From contig CBDBLV010000005.1 in the NCBI GenBank assembly GCA_965207225.1, positions 256,001 through 320,000 of the forward strand: DNA of 64,000 nucleotides, read 5' to 3'. The translations under genes and the position numbers were made by a program. Within the stretch, counting starts at the first letter, position 1. Each line of letters starts with the position of its first letter. The notes beneath the pieces are model-generated. The model did no database searches. It saw only the letters and a list, made by a program, of their open reading frames with translations, and was not told the DNA's origin. Origin of the DNA: Dehalococcoidia bacterium (GTDB taxonomy: Bacteria > Chloroflexota > Dehalococcoidia > Plut-88900). This document shows positions 17,978 through 26,919 of this stretch, in pieces.

Positions 17978-19578
17978 CCTATCCTGAGTTAAAATCGAAG
18001 GCCGACTGCGAGGCCCAGGCTCGCTTCCCCAGGGCCCTGGTGCAGCTTGGCGGCTGCACGCGCACCGTCGGGGCGGGGGCGGTACTGCAGCTGCTCCAGG
18101 CCGCTGTAGCCAAGAAAGGCCTGATGTCTCCCGTGCTGGTGGCCGGATGCGACGGCGCCTGCCACGACGCCCCGGTCGTCATCATCGAGATGGCCGAGGG
18201 CCTCACCTTCCGGCTGACCCACGTCGGCCCCGCGGACGTGAACGAGATACTGAGTTTCTGGCTCGCCGGTCAAGCGGAATCCTCGTCGACCTGGAAGGGC
18301 ACGCCAGCGGCGTGGCCTTTGTCGGGTGATGAGTCGGGGTTCTGGGGTCGACAGGAGCGTCGGGTGATGAGGGATATTGGATACATCGACCCCCACAGCA
18401 TCGACGACTACATCTCCAAGGGCGGCTACTCCACCCTGAATAGCGTTCTCAACTCCATGACTCCCGACCAGGTGGTCGACGAGGTGGTCAGGCTGGAACT
18501 GCGAGGGCGGGGCGGGGCCTATTTCCCAGCGGGGATCAAGTGGCGCGGGGCCCGGGCCACGGGGCGCTCGCCCCGATACCTGGTAGTCAACGCAGAGGAG
18601 GGGGAGCCGGGCATATACAAAGACCGACACATCATGGAGGGCAACCCCTTCATGCTTCTTGAGGGGCTAGCTATCGCCGCGTACGCTATCGGGGCGGACA
18701 AGACCTACCTGTACGTCAACGGGGAAGCCGACGAGGCCGCGGGTCGGGTGGAGGATGCCCTGGACCTCGCCCGGGACCTGGGCTTGGCCGGCGATAACGT
18801 CCTGGGCGCCGACTTCAACCTGGACATCGAGGTGAGGCGGGGCGGCGGGGGATACGTGCTTGGGGAAGAGAGCGCCCTGATGAACAGCATCGAAGGGCAG
18901 AGGAACGTGCCCCGCACCAAGCCGCCCTTCCCGGTGGAGTCGGGGCTTTGGGGCCAGCCGACGGTGATAAACAACGTCGAGACCCTGTGCAACCTCCCCC
19001 TGCTCCTCTCCACCCCCGGCGCAGACCCATCGCCCGGGACCAAGCTGATATCACTGAGCGGTCGGGTCCAGAGGCCCGGCCTGGTGGAAGTGCCCATGGG
19101 AACCACAGTGAGGGACATCGTCTACGAGGTCGGGGGTGGGCCGCCGGATGGCTACGAAGTGACGGGTGTGGTGGCGGGGGGGCCGTCGGGTGGGCTTTTG
19201 AACGAGTCGATGCTGGACGTCGCCATCGGCCCCGGTATGCTCGACCCCGAGGGCGCGGTCCTTGGGTCGGGGGGTATCACGGTATTCGACACCAGCGTCT
19301 CGCCGGTGGAGGTTGTGAGACGGCTGGCGGCGTACAACGCGGCGGAGTCGTGCTCCAAGTGCACCCCTTGCCGTGAGGGAACGAAGCGGATGCTGGACCT
19401 GCTGGGCGCAGTGCAGAGGGGTGAGGAGGGGAGGTCGGGGCTGGAGAAGCTGGCCTACCTCAACGACGTGGTCGGGTTCGGCTCCCTGTGCGGCCTGGGA
19501 CAGATGGCCCCGGGCCCCGTGCGGTCGGGGCTGGCGCACTTCCGGGAAGCCTTTGAGGGGGCGGCGGATTCGAGTTAA
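17974..19578 (+). CDS. NuoF/FdsB-like NADH/FMN-binding subunit
   Basis: ATGA overlap with the upstream stop; LRGRGGAYFPAGIKW, NAEEGEPG, YVLGEESAL, INNVET, SCSKCTPCREG...LCGLG. Confidence 0.92.
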   Translation: MTYPELKSKADCEAQARFPRALVQLGGCTRTVGAGAVLQLLQAAVAKKGLMSPVLVAGCDGACHDAPVVIIEMAEGLTFRLTHVGPADVNEILSFWLAGQAESSSTWKGTPAAWPLSGDESGFWGRQERRVMRDIGYIDPHSIDDYISKGGYSTLNSVLNSMTPDQVVDEVVRLELRGRGGAYFPAGIKWRGARATGRSPRYLVVNAEEGEPGIYKDRHIMEGNPFMLLEGLAIAAYAIGADKTYLYVNGEADEAAGRVEDALDLARDLGLAGDNVLGADFNLDIEVRRGGGGYVLGEESALMNSIEGQRNVPRTKPPFPVESGLWGQPTVINNVETLCNLPLLLSTPGADPSPGTKLISLSGRVQRPGLVEVPMGTTVRDIVYEVGGGPPDGYEVTGVVAGGPSGGLLNESMLDVAIGPGMLDPEGAVLGSGGITVFDTSVSPVEVVRRLAAYNAAESCSKCTPCREGTKRMLDLLGAVQRGEEGRSGLEKLAYLNDVVGFGSLCGLGQMAPGPVRSGLAHFREAFEGAADSS

Positions 19579-19672
19579 AGGCCGCTCAAGGTGAGCGGGT
19601 TGGGTGAGGCATGGGTCTCACGGGTGTAGAATAGGCACTAACTCAGTCTCATGGCGGCACGGAGACAACGCA

Positions 19673-22420
19673 GTGACCATCAACCTCACAATTGACGGCA
19701 TGCCTATCGAGGCGCGGGAGGGGAGTTCCATCCTGGAGGCGATTAACGCCTCCGGGACGTACATCCCCCAGCTGTGCAAGGACCCGGCCATGCCCGCCAT
19801 CGGGGCATGCAGGACTTGCCTCGTGCAGGTCGAGGGCCGACGCGGCTTCCCCGCCTCTTGTCACACCCCCGTCTCCGATGGCATGGTCGTACAGACCAAC
19901 AGCCCCGAGGTGCGGCGCATCCGCCAGGGCATCCTCGACCTCACCCTCGGCATGCTCCCCACCGAGACCCCCGGCCAGCCCCTCGCTGAGCACAAGGAAC
20001 TGAAGACCGCCTCCCGGTTCCACGACCTTCTCACCACCGGCTACGAGACCCGGGCCCGGGACCACACCGACTCCAGCAATCCCTTCTTCTCCGTGGAAAT
20101 GGATGACTGCATCCTCTGCGGACGCTGCGTCGAGGCCTGCCAGGACCTTCAGCAGATCGGGGCCATTGCGATTCTGGGGCGGGGGCAGGATGCGTTTATC
20201 GGGACGTATGGCGATGACCCCATCGCCGATTCTATATGCACGTCCTGCGGCTCCTGCGTAGCCGCCTGCCCGACCGGCGCCATCGAGCCGAAGATCAATC
20301 CAGCCAACGCCGTGAAGCAGACCTCCACAGTCTGCCCCTACTGCGGGGTGGGGTGCGGGATCGTGCTGAACACCGACAAGAACGGCAAGGTTCTGTGGGT
20401 GGACGACGACCCGGAGAACCAGTCGAGCCTCGGGAAGCTGTGCGTGAAGGGCCGGTTTGGCGTGACCTTCGTGAACCACGGCGACCGGCTGACCACCCCC
20501 CTCATCCGCAAGAACGGCGTTTTCACTGAGGCATCGTGGGACGAGGCCCTGGACTACACCGCCGGCAAGCTGGTAGAGCACCGGGGGGCAACTGCCGCTC
20601 TCGCCTCTGCCAAGGCCACAAACGAGGACGGCTACGTCCTCCAGAAGTTCATGCGCCTCGCCCTGGGCACCAACAGCATCGACCACTGCACCCGGCTGTG
20701 CCACTCGCCGTCGGTGGAGGCCATGCTCAGGTCCCTCGGGAGCGGGGCGACCAGCAACTCCTACCTCGACTACGAAAAGGCCGGGTGCCTGATAATCGCC
20801 GGCTGTGACCCGAGCGCCAACCACCCCGTGGCCGCGACCCGCTTTCGCAAGGCCGTCGACCTGTACGGCGCCCAGCTTATAGTCATCAACCCCAAGCGCA
20901 TCGAGTTGTGCGACTACGCCTACCTCTGGCTTCGAGAAAAACCCGGAACCGACGTCGCCCTATTCAACGGCATGGCCAAGGTCATCCTCGACGAGGGCCT
21001 GGCCGACGAGCAGTTCGTCGCCGAACGCACCGAGGGTTTCGAGGAGTGGAAGGCGTCTCTTGCCCAGTACACCCCCGACTTCGTAGAGTCGATAACCGGC
21101 GTCCCAAAGGAGCAGATGATCGAGGCGGCCCGCATCTACGCCCGACCCCCCTTCAGCGGCTCGTGCTTCGTGTGGGGCATGGGCCTGACGCAGCACACCA
21201 ACGGCACCGCCAACTGCCACGCCGTGCTTAACCTGGCGCTGGTGTCGGGGCAGATGGGGCGTCGGGGCAACGGCATATCGCCGCTGCGGGGACAAAACAA
21301 CGTCCAGGGTTGCGGCGACGCCGGCTGCACGCCGAGCAACCTGCCCGGTTACCAGGACCTCGACCCCGAGTCCCTGGAGAAGTTCGCCCGGGCCTGGGGC
21401 GGCCGTCTGCCGGAGGAGTCGGGATTCGTGGTCACCGACATGATGAGGGAGGCTGAGGAAGGTCGGCTGGAGGCCATGTACGTGGTCGGGGAGAACCCGC
21501 TGCTCAGCGAGCCCGACCTCCGCCACGCCCGCGAGGCCATCGAAAACCTGAAATTCCTGGTAGTCCAGGACATCTTCCTCAGCGAGACCGCAGAGATCGC
21601 CGACGTGGTGCTCCCCGCAACCAGCTTCGCCGAGAAGGACGGGACGTTCACCAACAGCGAACGTCGGGTGCAGCGGGTTCGCAAGGCCATAGAGCCCGTC
21701 GGCCAGAGCAGGCCCGACTGGGATATCACCTCGGACCTGGCGCGTCGGGTGTGCCGGAGGCTCGGCATGGACGAGTCCCAGTTTGACTACGGCCACCCGA
21801 AGGAGATCTTCGACGAGATGGCCGCTCTCACGCCCATAATTGCAGGTATTACCTACGACCGGCTGGACGCGGAGGGCGGTATCCAGTGGCCCTGCCCCAC
21901 CCCCGACCACCCAGGCACCCCCATACTCTACGAGGACAGCTTCCCGAGGGGTCTCGGCAAGTTCGTGCCCGTCGAGCAGACCGAGCCTGCTGCCGAGCTT
22001 CCCAACCGCCGCTTCCCGTTGATCCTGAACACGGGCCGGACGCTATACCACTGGCATGGCGGCACCATTACCCGTCGGGTGGAGGGCCTGGTTGCCCGGG
22101 CCCCGGAACTGATCGTGACGATCCACCCCAAGGACGCCAATAGGGCGGGGATTTCGGACAAGGAAGAGGTGAGGGTGGAATCGAGGAGGGGGGAGCTGGA
22201 GGGCCGGGCGTCGGTCACCGACGCCGTGAGGGAAGGCGAGATATTCGTGCCCTTCGTGAAGCTCAAGGAGTCGGCGGCAAACTTCCTGACCAACCGGGCC
22301 TTTGACCCCGCCTCCAAGATCCCGGAATTCAAGGTCTGCGCCGTCCGCGTCGAGCCCAAGTCCTCCCCGAGGAAGGTGAGGAAAGGGCCCCGCCCCATGA
22401 CCGCCGTCATGCGGCCTTAG
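19673..22420 (+). CDS. fdhA: formate dehydrogenase alpha subunit (Cys-type, FdsA/FdhA-like)
   Basis: N-terminal 2Fe-2S, two 4Fe-4S motifs, CPYCGVGC, LCVKGRFG, DHCTRLCHSPS, WGMGLTQH, LRGQNNVQG, PEFKVCAV; GTG start after GGAG. Confidence 0.93.
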   Translation: MTINLTIDGMPIEAREGSSILEAINASGTYIPQLCKDPAMPAIGACRTCLVQVEGRRGFPASCHTPVSDGMVVQTNSPEVRRIRQGILDLTLGMLPTETPGQPLAEHKELKTASRFHDLLTTGYETRARDHTDSSNPFFSVEMDDCILCGRCVEACQDLQQIGAIAILGRGQDAFIGTYGDDPIADSICTSCGSCVAACPTGAIEPKINPANAVKQTSTVCPYCGVGCGIVLNTDKNGKVLWVDDDPENQSSLGKLCVKGRFGVTFVNHGDRLTTPLIRKNGVFTEASWDEALDYTAGKLVEHRGATAALASAKATNEDGYVLQKFMRLALGTNSIDHCTRLCHSPSVEAMLRSLGSGATSNSYLDYEKAGCLIIAGCDPSANHPVAATRFRKAVDLYGAQLIVINPKRIELCDYAYLWLREKPGTDVALFNGMAKVILDEGLADEQFVAERTEGFEEWKASLAQYTPDFVESITGVPKEQMIEAARIYARPPFSGSCFVWGMGLTQHTNGTANCHAVLNLALVSGQMGRRGNGISPLRGQNNVQGCGDAGCTPSNLPGYQDLDPESLEKFARAWGGRLPEESGFVVTDMMREAEEGRLEAMYVVGENPLLSEPDLRHAREAIENLKFLVVQDIFLSETAEIADVVLPATSFAEKDGTFTNSERRVQRVRKAIEPVGQSRPDWDITSDLARRVCRRLGMDESQFDYGHPKEIFDEMAALTPIIAGITYDRLDAEGGIQWPCPTPDHPGTPILYEDSFPRGLGKFVPVEQTEPAAELPNRRFPLILNTGRTLYHWHGGTITRRVEGLVARAPELIVTIHPKDANRAGISDKEEVRVESRRGELEGRASVTDAVREGEIFVPFVKLKESAANFLTNRAFDPASKIPEFKVCAVRVEPKSSPRKVRKGPRPMTAVMRP

Positions 22421-22538
22421 GCGGCTTAACCCGGAGCGTGCCTGGGCCATTACGGGCCTTGTGGGGGCCTCTGTGTGGTATGTTTAACCTGCCCATGAGC
22501 AAAGCAGGTTGGCCCATCGACGTTGAAAAGGAGCCACC

Positions 22539-23081
22539 ATCGCTACGCTTCAAGCAGCCTCCTGGGACCCGACGCCCAGATACCGCCCGTATCGGCCTGC
22601 CGGCTTAACAAGGGAACCGGAACAGCGCGAGAAAAAGCATGGCAAGTGTCGATGCTGCTGCAACTGCGTCGTCAAACTCCTGTGTCTTGGGATATTGGTT
22701 GTCGCAGTAATCCTCGCCTACAACCTGGTGCAGCCGGAAGTGAAACCATGTTCGGCCAACTCCCCGGAGATCCCGCCACCGGGAATATTAACCTCGGCCC
22801 TCGATCTGTTCCTGGAGGAATGCGCAAGGGTTATTGGGGAGGTAAGTGGCAAGGATTCCGAAGGGTTGATAATCGGGGTTGACCGGGGAGAGTACCGGCA
22901 AACCGTGAAGGTAATCTACCCGGAGGACCTGAAATCGGGAATTCCGCTCCTCGAAGAGGTGCATATCACCGGAAGAATCCGGGAGCACGAGCACTGGGGA
23001 TACGCCGTCTACTTTGGCGAGGACCTCGGGTGGTGGGACAACCTCCGGAAGAATCTGCCGGGAGATGTCCTCGACCCCTAG
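22539..23081 (+). CDS. hypothetical membrane-anchored protein with Cys cluster (start uncertain; ATC at 22539 or TTG at 22695)
   Basis: Frame open from 22527; AAAGGAG then 5 nt then in-frame ATC; KCRCCCNC precedes a hydrophobic helix. Confidence 0.55.
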   Translation: MATLQAASWDPTPRYRPYRPAGLTREPEQREKKHGKCRCCCNCVVKLLCLGILVVAVILAYNLVQPEVKPCSANSPEIPPPGILTSALDLFLEECARVIGEVSGKDSEGLIIGVDRGEYRQTVKVIYPEDLKSGIPLLEEVHITGRIREHEHWGYAVYFGEDLGWWDNLRKNLPGDVLDP

Positions 23082-23194
23082 CCGCTCCTAAAGCCGTGGG
23101 GAGGGGCCGCTCGTGCTGAGGCCCTCGAAGTATGAGCGAGGGGTGGGGGAGGTGCGTTATAGCGGCCACCTCCACTTAGGCTTAGAATGACCCC

Positions 23195-24094
23195 ATGCCC
23201 CGCAACCTCAAGCGCAGCAAGACTTCCTCCTTCGGCACCGTGTCCCGAGAGGGCCACGACTCCCGATCCTTCTACTCCAAGCGCCTCTACGAAGGTCGGC
23301 GGAACGGTGCCCGGGAATCGACGGAGTACGTCGAGAACACCCCCGACCACCTCGATGTCATCCACTGCGCCGACGCCCTGGACATGCACCACCTCCCCGA
23401 CAACTCCGTCCACCTGATGATCACCTCGCCCCCGTACAACGTCGGCAAGGACTATGACGACGACCTCTCCCTCTCCGAGTACCGGGCCCTGCTTTCCGAC
23501 GTGCTGGGCGAGACGTACCGGGTGCTGGTGGAGGGGGGTCGGGCGTGCGTGAACATCGCCAACGTCGGGCGGACACCCTACATACCCCTGCACGTCGACA
23601 TCATGGACATCGCCCGTGAGTGCGGCTTCCATATGCGCGGCGAGATAATCTGGGACAAGGGCGCCAGTGCGGGCACGTCCTGCGCCTGGGGCAGCTGGAG
23701 GTCGGCGAGCAATCCGGTCTTAAGGGACGTCCACGAATACATCCTGGTCTTCTGCAAGGATGCCTACAAGCGTCGGGTCACGGGGGAGAACAGTGTGGGC
23801 CGGGACGAGTTCCTGGAGTACACCAAGAGCATCTGGCGCTTCCCCGCCGCCAGCGCCCGGAAGGCCAACCACCCCGCCCCCTTCCCCCTGGAGCTGCCGC
23901 TCCGTTTGATCAACCTTTACTCATTCAAGGGCGACGTGGTCCTGGACCCGTTCATGGGGTCGGGCACGACGGCTGAGGCGGCAGTCCAAGCCAACCGACA
24001 CTACGTGGGCTACGAAATCAACCCCGTCTACGTAGACCATGCCCGAGCCAGGCTAGGCCAGATGTCGGGGCTGCCGATGAAGCTAGTGGACTGA
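23195..24094 (+). CDS. site-specific DNA methyltransferase (N4-C/N6-A, beta class), orphan in this window
   Basis: ITSPPYN catalytic motif precedes HPAPFP and VLDPFMGSGTT. Confidence 0.92.
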   Translation: MPRNLKRSKTSSFGTVSREGHDSRSFYSKRLYEGRRNGARESTEYVENTPDHLDVIHCADALDMHHLPDNSVHLMITSPPYNVGKDYDDDLSLSEYRALLSDVLGETYRVLVEGGRACVNIANVGRTPYIPLHVDIMDIARECGFHMRGEIIWDKGASAGTSCAWGSWRSASNPVLRDVHEYILVFCKDAYKRRVTGENSVGRDEFLEYTKSIWRFPAASARKANHPAPFPLELPLRLINLYSFKGDVVLDPFMGSGTTAEAAVQANRHYVGYEINPVYVDHARARLGQMSGLPMKLVD

Positions 24095-24115
24095 AGCGTC
24101 CGCTCGACCCTTCGA

Positions 24116-24934
24116 CTAAGCTGAGGGCGAGTGGTGTTCGTGGTCTGTTACCCCCATCACCTCCCCAAGCTCTGCGCTCAGCACTTCATCAACCCCCAGC
24201 CCCTCCCCCCGGGGCCTGAACCTCAGCTCCCGACCTTTCCACGAAAGCACGTAATCGTCGCCGGACCCGACATGCAGGAGCCCGTTCCCCGAGGTTGCGC
24301 CCGTTATGGCCTGCAGGGCGTCGTTGATACTGCCGTCGGGGCCCCAGGTGACCTTCAGGTCGGGGTCCTTCTTGGCGATGCCCCAGTGATGGATCGCATG
24401 GTCCACCATCCTAGCCCCGAGGGCCGCGCCCATGCACCGCTTCCCGTGGAAGTTCTCCGCCTCGAACACCATGTCCCGCAGGAACGACTCCCGGTTCCGA
24501 CCCCCCGGGTGCTCCGTGTCCCGGGCCGTCCTCGCCGAGAATATCGAGTCCCAGCCCGGAGAGTAACGCTTGATGTCGACTACCGGCGTGCCGTCGATCA
24601 TGTCCAGCCTGTCCAGCTTTACCACCCGGCCCTCGACCCCCAGCACACGCGCCGAGGTTAGCCCCACGGGGTTCGGCCTGTCCGGCGACCTCATCCCGAA
24701 CACGCCCCTCTCCGGGCCCCCGTGCCTCGACGCCGTCAACCTCTCCCTGTCCGCCCTGTGGAACCACCCCAGGATGATCAGGTGCGTATTCGACTCGATA
24801 CCAGCCAACCCGGCCTCGTACTCCGGGAACACCTCGATGGATGCGGACACCCCATCGATAGGCATCTCATCCCCCTCCCCGACACTTGAAACAACTCTCC
24901 CGATCGACTTGATCTCGTACGTTTCGCCGCTCAT
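24116..24934 (-). CDS. TrmO/TsaA-like SAM-binding protein fused to an FmdE-like domain
   Basis: GVFGMRSPDRPNPVGL and DGTPVVDIK (TrmO); FHGKRCMGAALG...DALQAITGAT.GNG (FmdE-like). Confidence 0.82.
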   Translation of the reverse strand: MSGETYEIKSIGRVVSSVGEGDEMPIDGVSASIEVFPEYEAGLAGIESNTHLIILGWFHRADRERLTASRHGGPERGVFGMRSPDRPNPVGLTSARVLGVEGRVVKLDRLDMIDGTPVVDIKRYSPGWDSIFSARTARDTEHPGGRNRESFLRDMVFEAENFHGKRCMGAALGARMVDHAIHHWGIAKKDPDLKVTWGPDGSINDALQAITGATSGNGLLHVGSGDDYVLSWKGRELRFRPRGEGLGVDEVLSAELGEVMGVTDHEHHSPSA

Positions 24935-24937
24935 CCC

Positions 24938-26098
24938 CTATTGCCCCTTCCAGAAGATGCGATAGATCGCACCGCTCCCGTGATCGGCCACCAGCAATGA
25001 CCCGTCCGACGCCTGCGCTATGTCCAACGGCCTGTCTATTCCAAAGGCAAAGTCCGACACCTCCGCCCGGTAGCCCTCCCCATCCCGTTCCAGCCGCACC
25101 CGCACCACCTTCCGTCCCGTGTCCCGGAGGTGCGACCCCCACTGCACGACGAACAGGTCGTTGCGATACTCCTCTGGTAACATGCCGCCTGTATAGAAGA
25201 GTAGCCCGTTCGCCGAGGAGCGTTCCTCCATCTCTGCGACGGGCGGGAGCGTGTCTTCGCAGTTGGAGCCCTGCCCGTCGCCCCAGCAGTCGGGCCAGCC
25301 GTAGCCGCCACCGTCGACCAGCAGGTTAAGCTCCTCCGGGACGTGCAGATCAAGCTCGTCCCTCCCGTTGTCGGCGCCAAACAGCGTTCCGTCCTCGGGG
25401 TGGAAGGCTATGTCGTACATGTTGCGCAGCCCCGAGGAGAAGACCCGCATATCCGAACCATCCGGGTTGAGCTGGAGCACCGACGCGCTTAGCTCGTTCC
25501 TCTCCCGGCACGCGTTGCACGTCGACCCCAAGGTCAGGTACATCTTCCCGTCGGGCCCGAGGGCCAGACCGTTGTTCTGGTGTATCCCTACCGGCAGGTC
25601 CGACACGATCGTCTCAATCTCATCCACCTGTCCGTCCCCGTACGAGTCGATCAGTGCCGTAACCGACCCGCGATGAGATACGTAAAGCCTATCCTCGTGG
25701 TGCAGCAGGCCAAGGGGCGCGACAAAGCCTCGGGCGTAAAGCTCCGCCGAGTCCGCCGTCCCGTCGGAGTCGTCATCCGACAGTACGGCAATGTCCCCGT
25801 CCTGCTCGCTGACGAACACCCTCCCGTCCCCCGACACCGCAATGCCGGTCGGGTTTGAAAGCCCAAGAAAGTACACATTGGCCCCAAACCCCGGCGGCAC
25901 CACCAGCCCCGCACCCCCCGCCACCAGGCCCCCAACCTCGCTTTCAACTGACACGTCAATAGCCGATGCCACTTCGGTCGGCTCCGGGATAGGTGTCGGT
26001 GTTTCCGTGCCGCACCCTGCCACGCCCACCCCCACCATTAACAGAAGGGAGATAGCCGCATACCACCGACATTTTGTAGTGAGGATCTTTGCCGCCAA
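24938..26098 (-). CDS. glucose/sorbosone dehydrogenase-family beta-propeller lipoprotein
   Basis: Lipobox VAGC; GPDGKMYLTLGSTCNAC, GLRN, DNGRD, YGWPDC, RPLDI..DGSLLVAD. Confidence 0.88.
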   Translation of the reverse strand: MAAKILTTKCRWYAAISLLLMVGVGVAGCGTETPTPIPEPTEVASAIDVSVESEVGGLVAGGAGLVVPPGFGANVYFLGLSNPTGIAVSGDGRVFVSEQDGDIAVLSDDDSDGTADSAELYARGFVAPLGLLHHEDRLYVSHRGSVTALIDSYGDGQVDEIETIVSDLPVGIHQNNGLALGPDGKMYLTLGSTCNACRERNELSASVLQLNPDGSDMRVFSSGLRNMYDIAFHPEDGTLFGADNGRDELDLHVPEELNLLVDGGGYGWPDCWGDGQGSNCEDTLPPVAEMEERSSANGLLFYTGGMLPEEYRNDLFVVQWGSHLRDTGRKVVRVRLERDGEGYRAEVSDFAFGIDRPLDIAQASDGSLLVADHGSGAIYRIFWKGQ

Positions 26099-26132
26099 TA
26101 CACACCTCGGGTGCTACGCACCCAAGGCTATT

Positions 26133-26756
26133 CTACCAATCGGCGGGTTTCGTGAAGTTGCCCTGGGCGTCGGAGAGAGTGTCGGGGAAAAGGCTTGCAC
26201 TCAAGGGGCCTCGGCGTAAGGGCCTGTACCAGGAGGCTGCTTTACGCAGCTCGAAGCTTGTCCTCCTGCTCGGATCAATGACCCCGACCTGCTTACCCAA
26301 CCTCGTACGCGTCATTTCGATGGGCAGCTTAAGGTCGGAATCGTTGGAAATTACTACCGCCATTTCATAGTCATCCTCGAAACCATCTATCAACAGGTAG
26401 GTGGCGAGATTGACGTCCGAACCCTTCTCCTCAGTGTTGAGCACCTCAACGGTGCGCGGACCGATTTGTGGTTCCTGAACCAAGGGTCGAAGCCTGGGTT
26501 TGGTTAGAAAATGCCCATAGTGCATGGTCAGGTTTGGAATAGTCCGCAGGGCACGAAGATAGGTCTGCTGACGCTGCGGCTGGGTCGGGTTTCCAGGGCG
26601 ACTGTCTACAAGAGCGGTGAAATACCGTATCTGAGCTATCTCATGCTTGGGAAGCAAAAGCGACGCAAGTCTACCGACATCCAGCCAGCGATGTGGAGTG
26701 CCTTTCAGGGCTCGATAGTAGAGATTAAAGCCGTCTATATAGACGTTGGTACGGAT
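26133..26756 (-). CDS. NYN-domain (PIN-like) ribonuclease with apparent ATC start
   Basis: Frame extends 5' of the called ORF: (I)RTNVYIDGFNLYY...IRYFTA...EEKGSDVNLA...ISNDSDL; an in-frame TAG lies 9 codons upstream with no ATG/GTG/TTG between. Confidence 0.88.
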   Translation of the reverse strand: MRTNVYIDGFNLYYRALKGTPHRWLDVGRLASLLLPKHEIAQIRYFTALVDSRPGNPTQPQRQQTYLRALRTIPNLTMHYGHFLTKPRLRPLVQEPQIGPRTVEVLNTEEKGSDVNLATYLLIDGFEDDYEMAVVISNDSDLKLPIEMTRTRLGKQVGVIDPSRRTSFELRKAASWYRPLRRGPLSASLFPDTLSDAQGNFTKPADW

Positions 26757-26773
26757 GAGAAGCTGCTTCCCAA

Positions 26774-26836
26774 GAAAAAGCTAAGGCTGCCGAAAGGCAG
26801 CCTTGCGCCCTGCCGCCGAAGCGAACAGGGGGGGTA
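26774..26836 (-). ncRNA. candidate ~60-nt structured RNA (cUUCGg hairpin plus terminator hairpin) upstream of the NYN gene
   Basis: CCCUGUUCGC-UUCG-GCGGCAGGG (26830-26808), then AAGGCUGCC-UUUC-GGCAGCCUU (26804-26783) followed by AGCUUUUUCUU. Confidence 0.5.
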
Positions 26837-26841
26837 CATGA

Positions 26842-26870
26842 ACTATATGACAGGCCCATCTGTCTGTCAA
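26842..26870 (-). promoter_or_regulatory. near-consensus sigma70 promoter
   Basis: TTGACA (26870-26865), 17 nt, TATAGT (26847-26842); TGACAG...CTGTCA inverted repeat overlaps the -35 and spacer. Confidence 0.75.
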
Positions 26871-26919
26871 CCCCATTTTCTAAAGAACTTGTGGAATCTG
26901 ACGGCCGCTCGACCTTTCC

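Noticed and set aside
20680-20712. Selenocysteine in the formate dehydrogenase
   Set aside because: The active-site motif reads DHCTRLCH with a Cys codon; the ORF is uninterrupted.
17504-22420. Electron-bifurcating HydABC-type complex
   Set aside because: The NuoF-like subunit lacks the C-terminal 2x[4Fe-4S] domain and the AFM motif typical of bifurcating HydB.
23195-24094. Complete restriction-modification system
   Set aside because: No adjacent endonuclease gene is recognisable; treated as an orphan methyltransferase.
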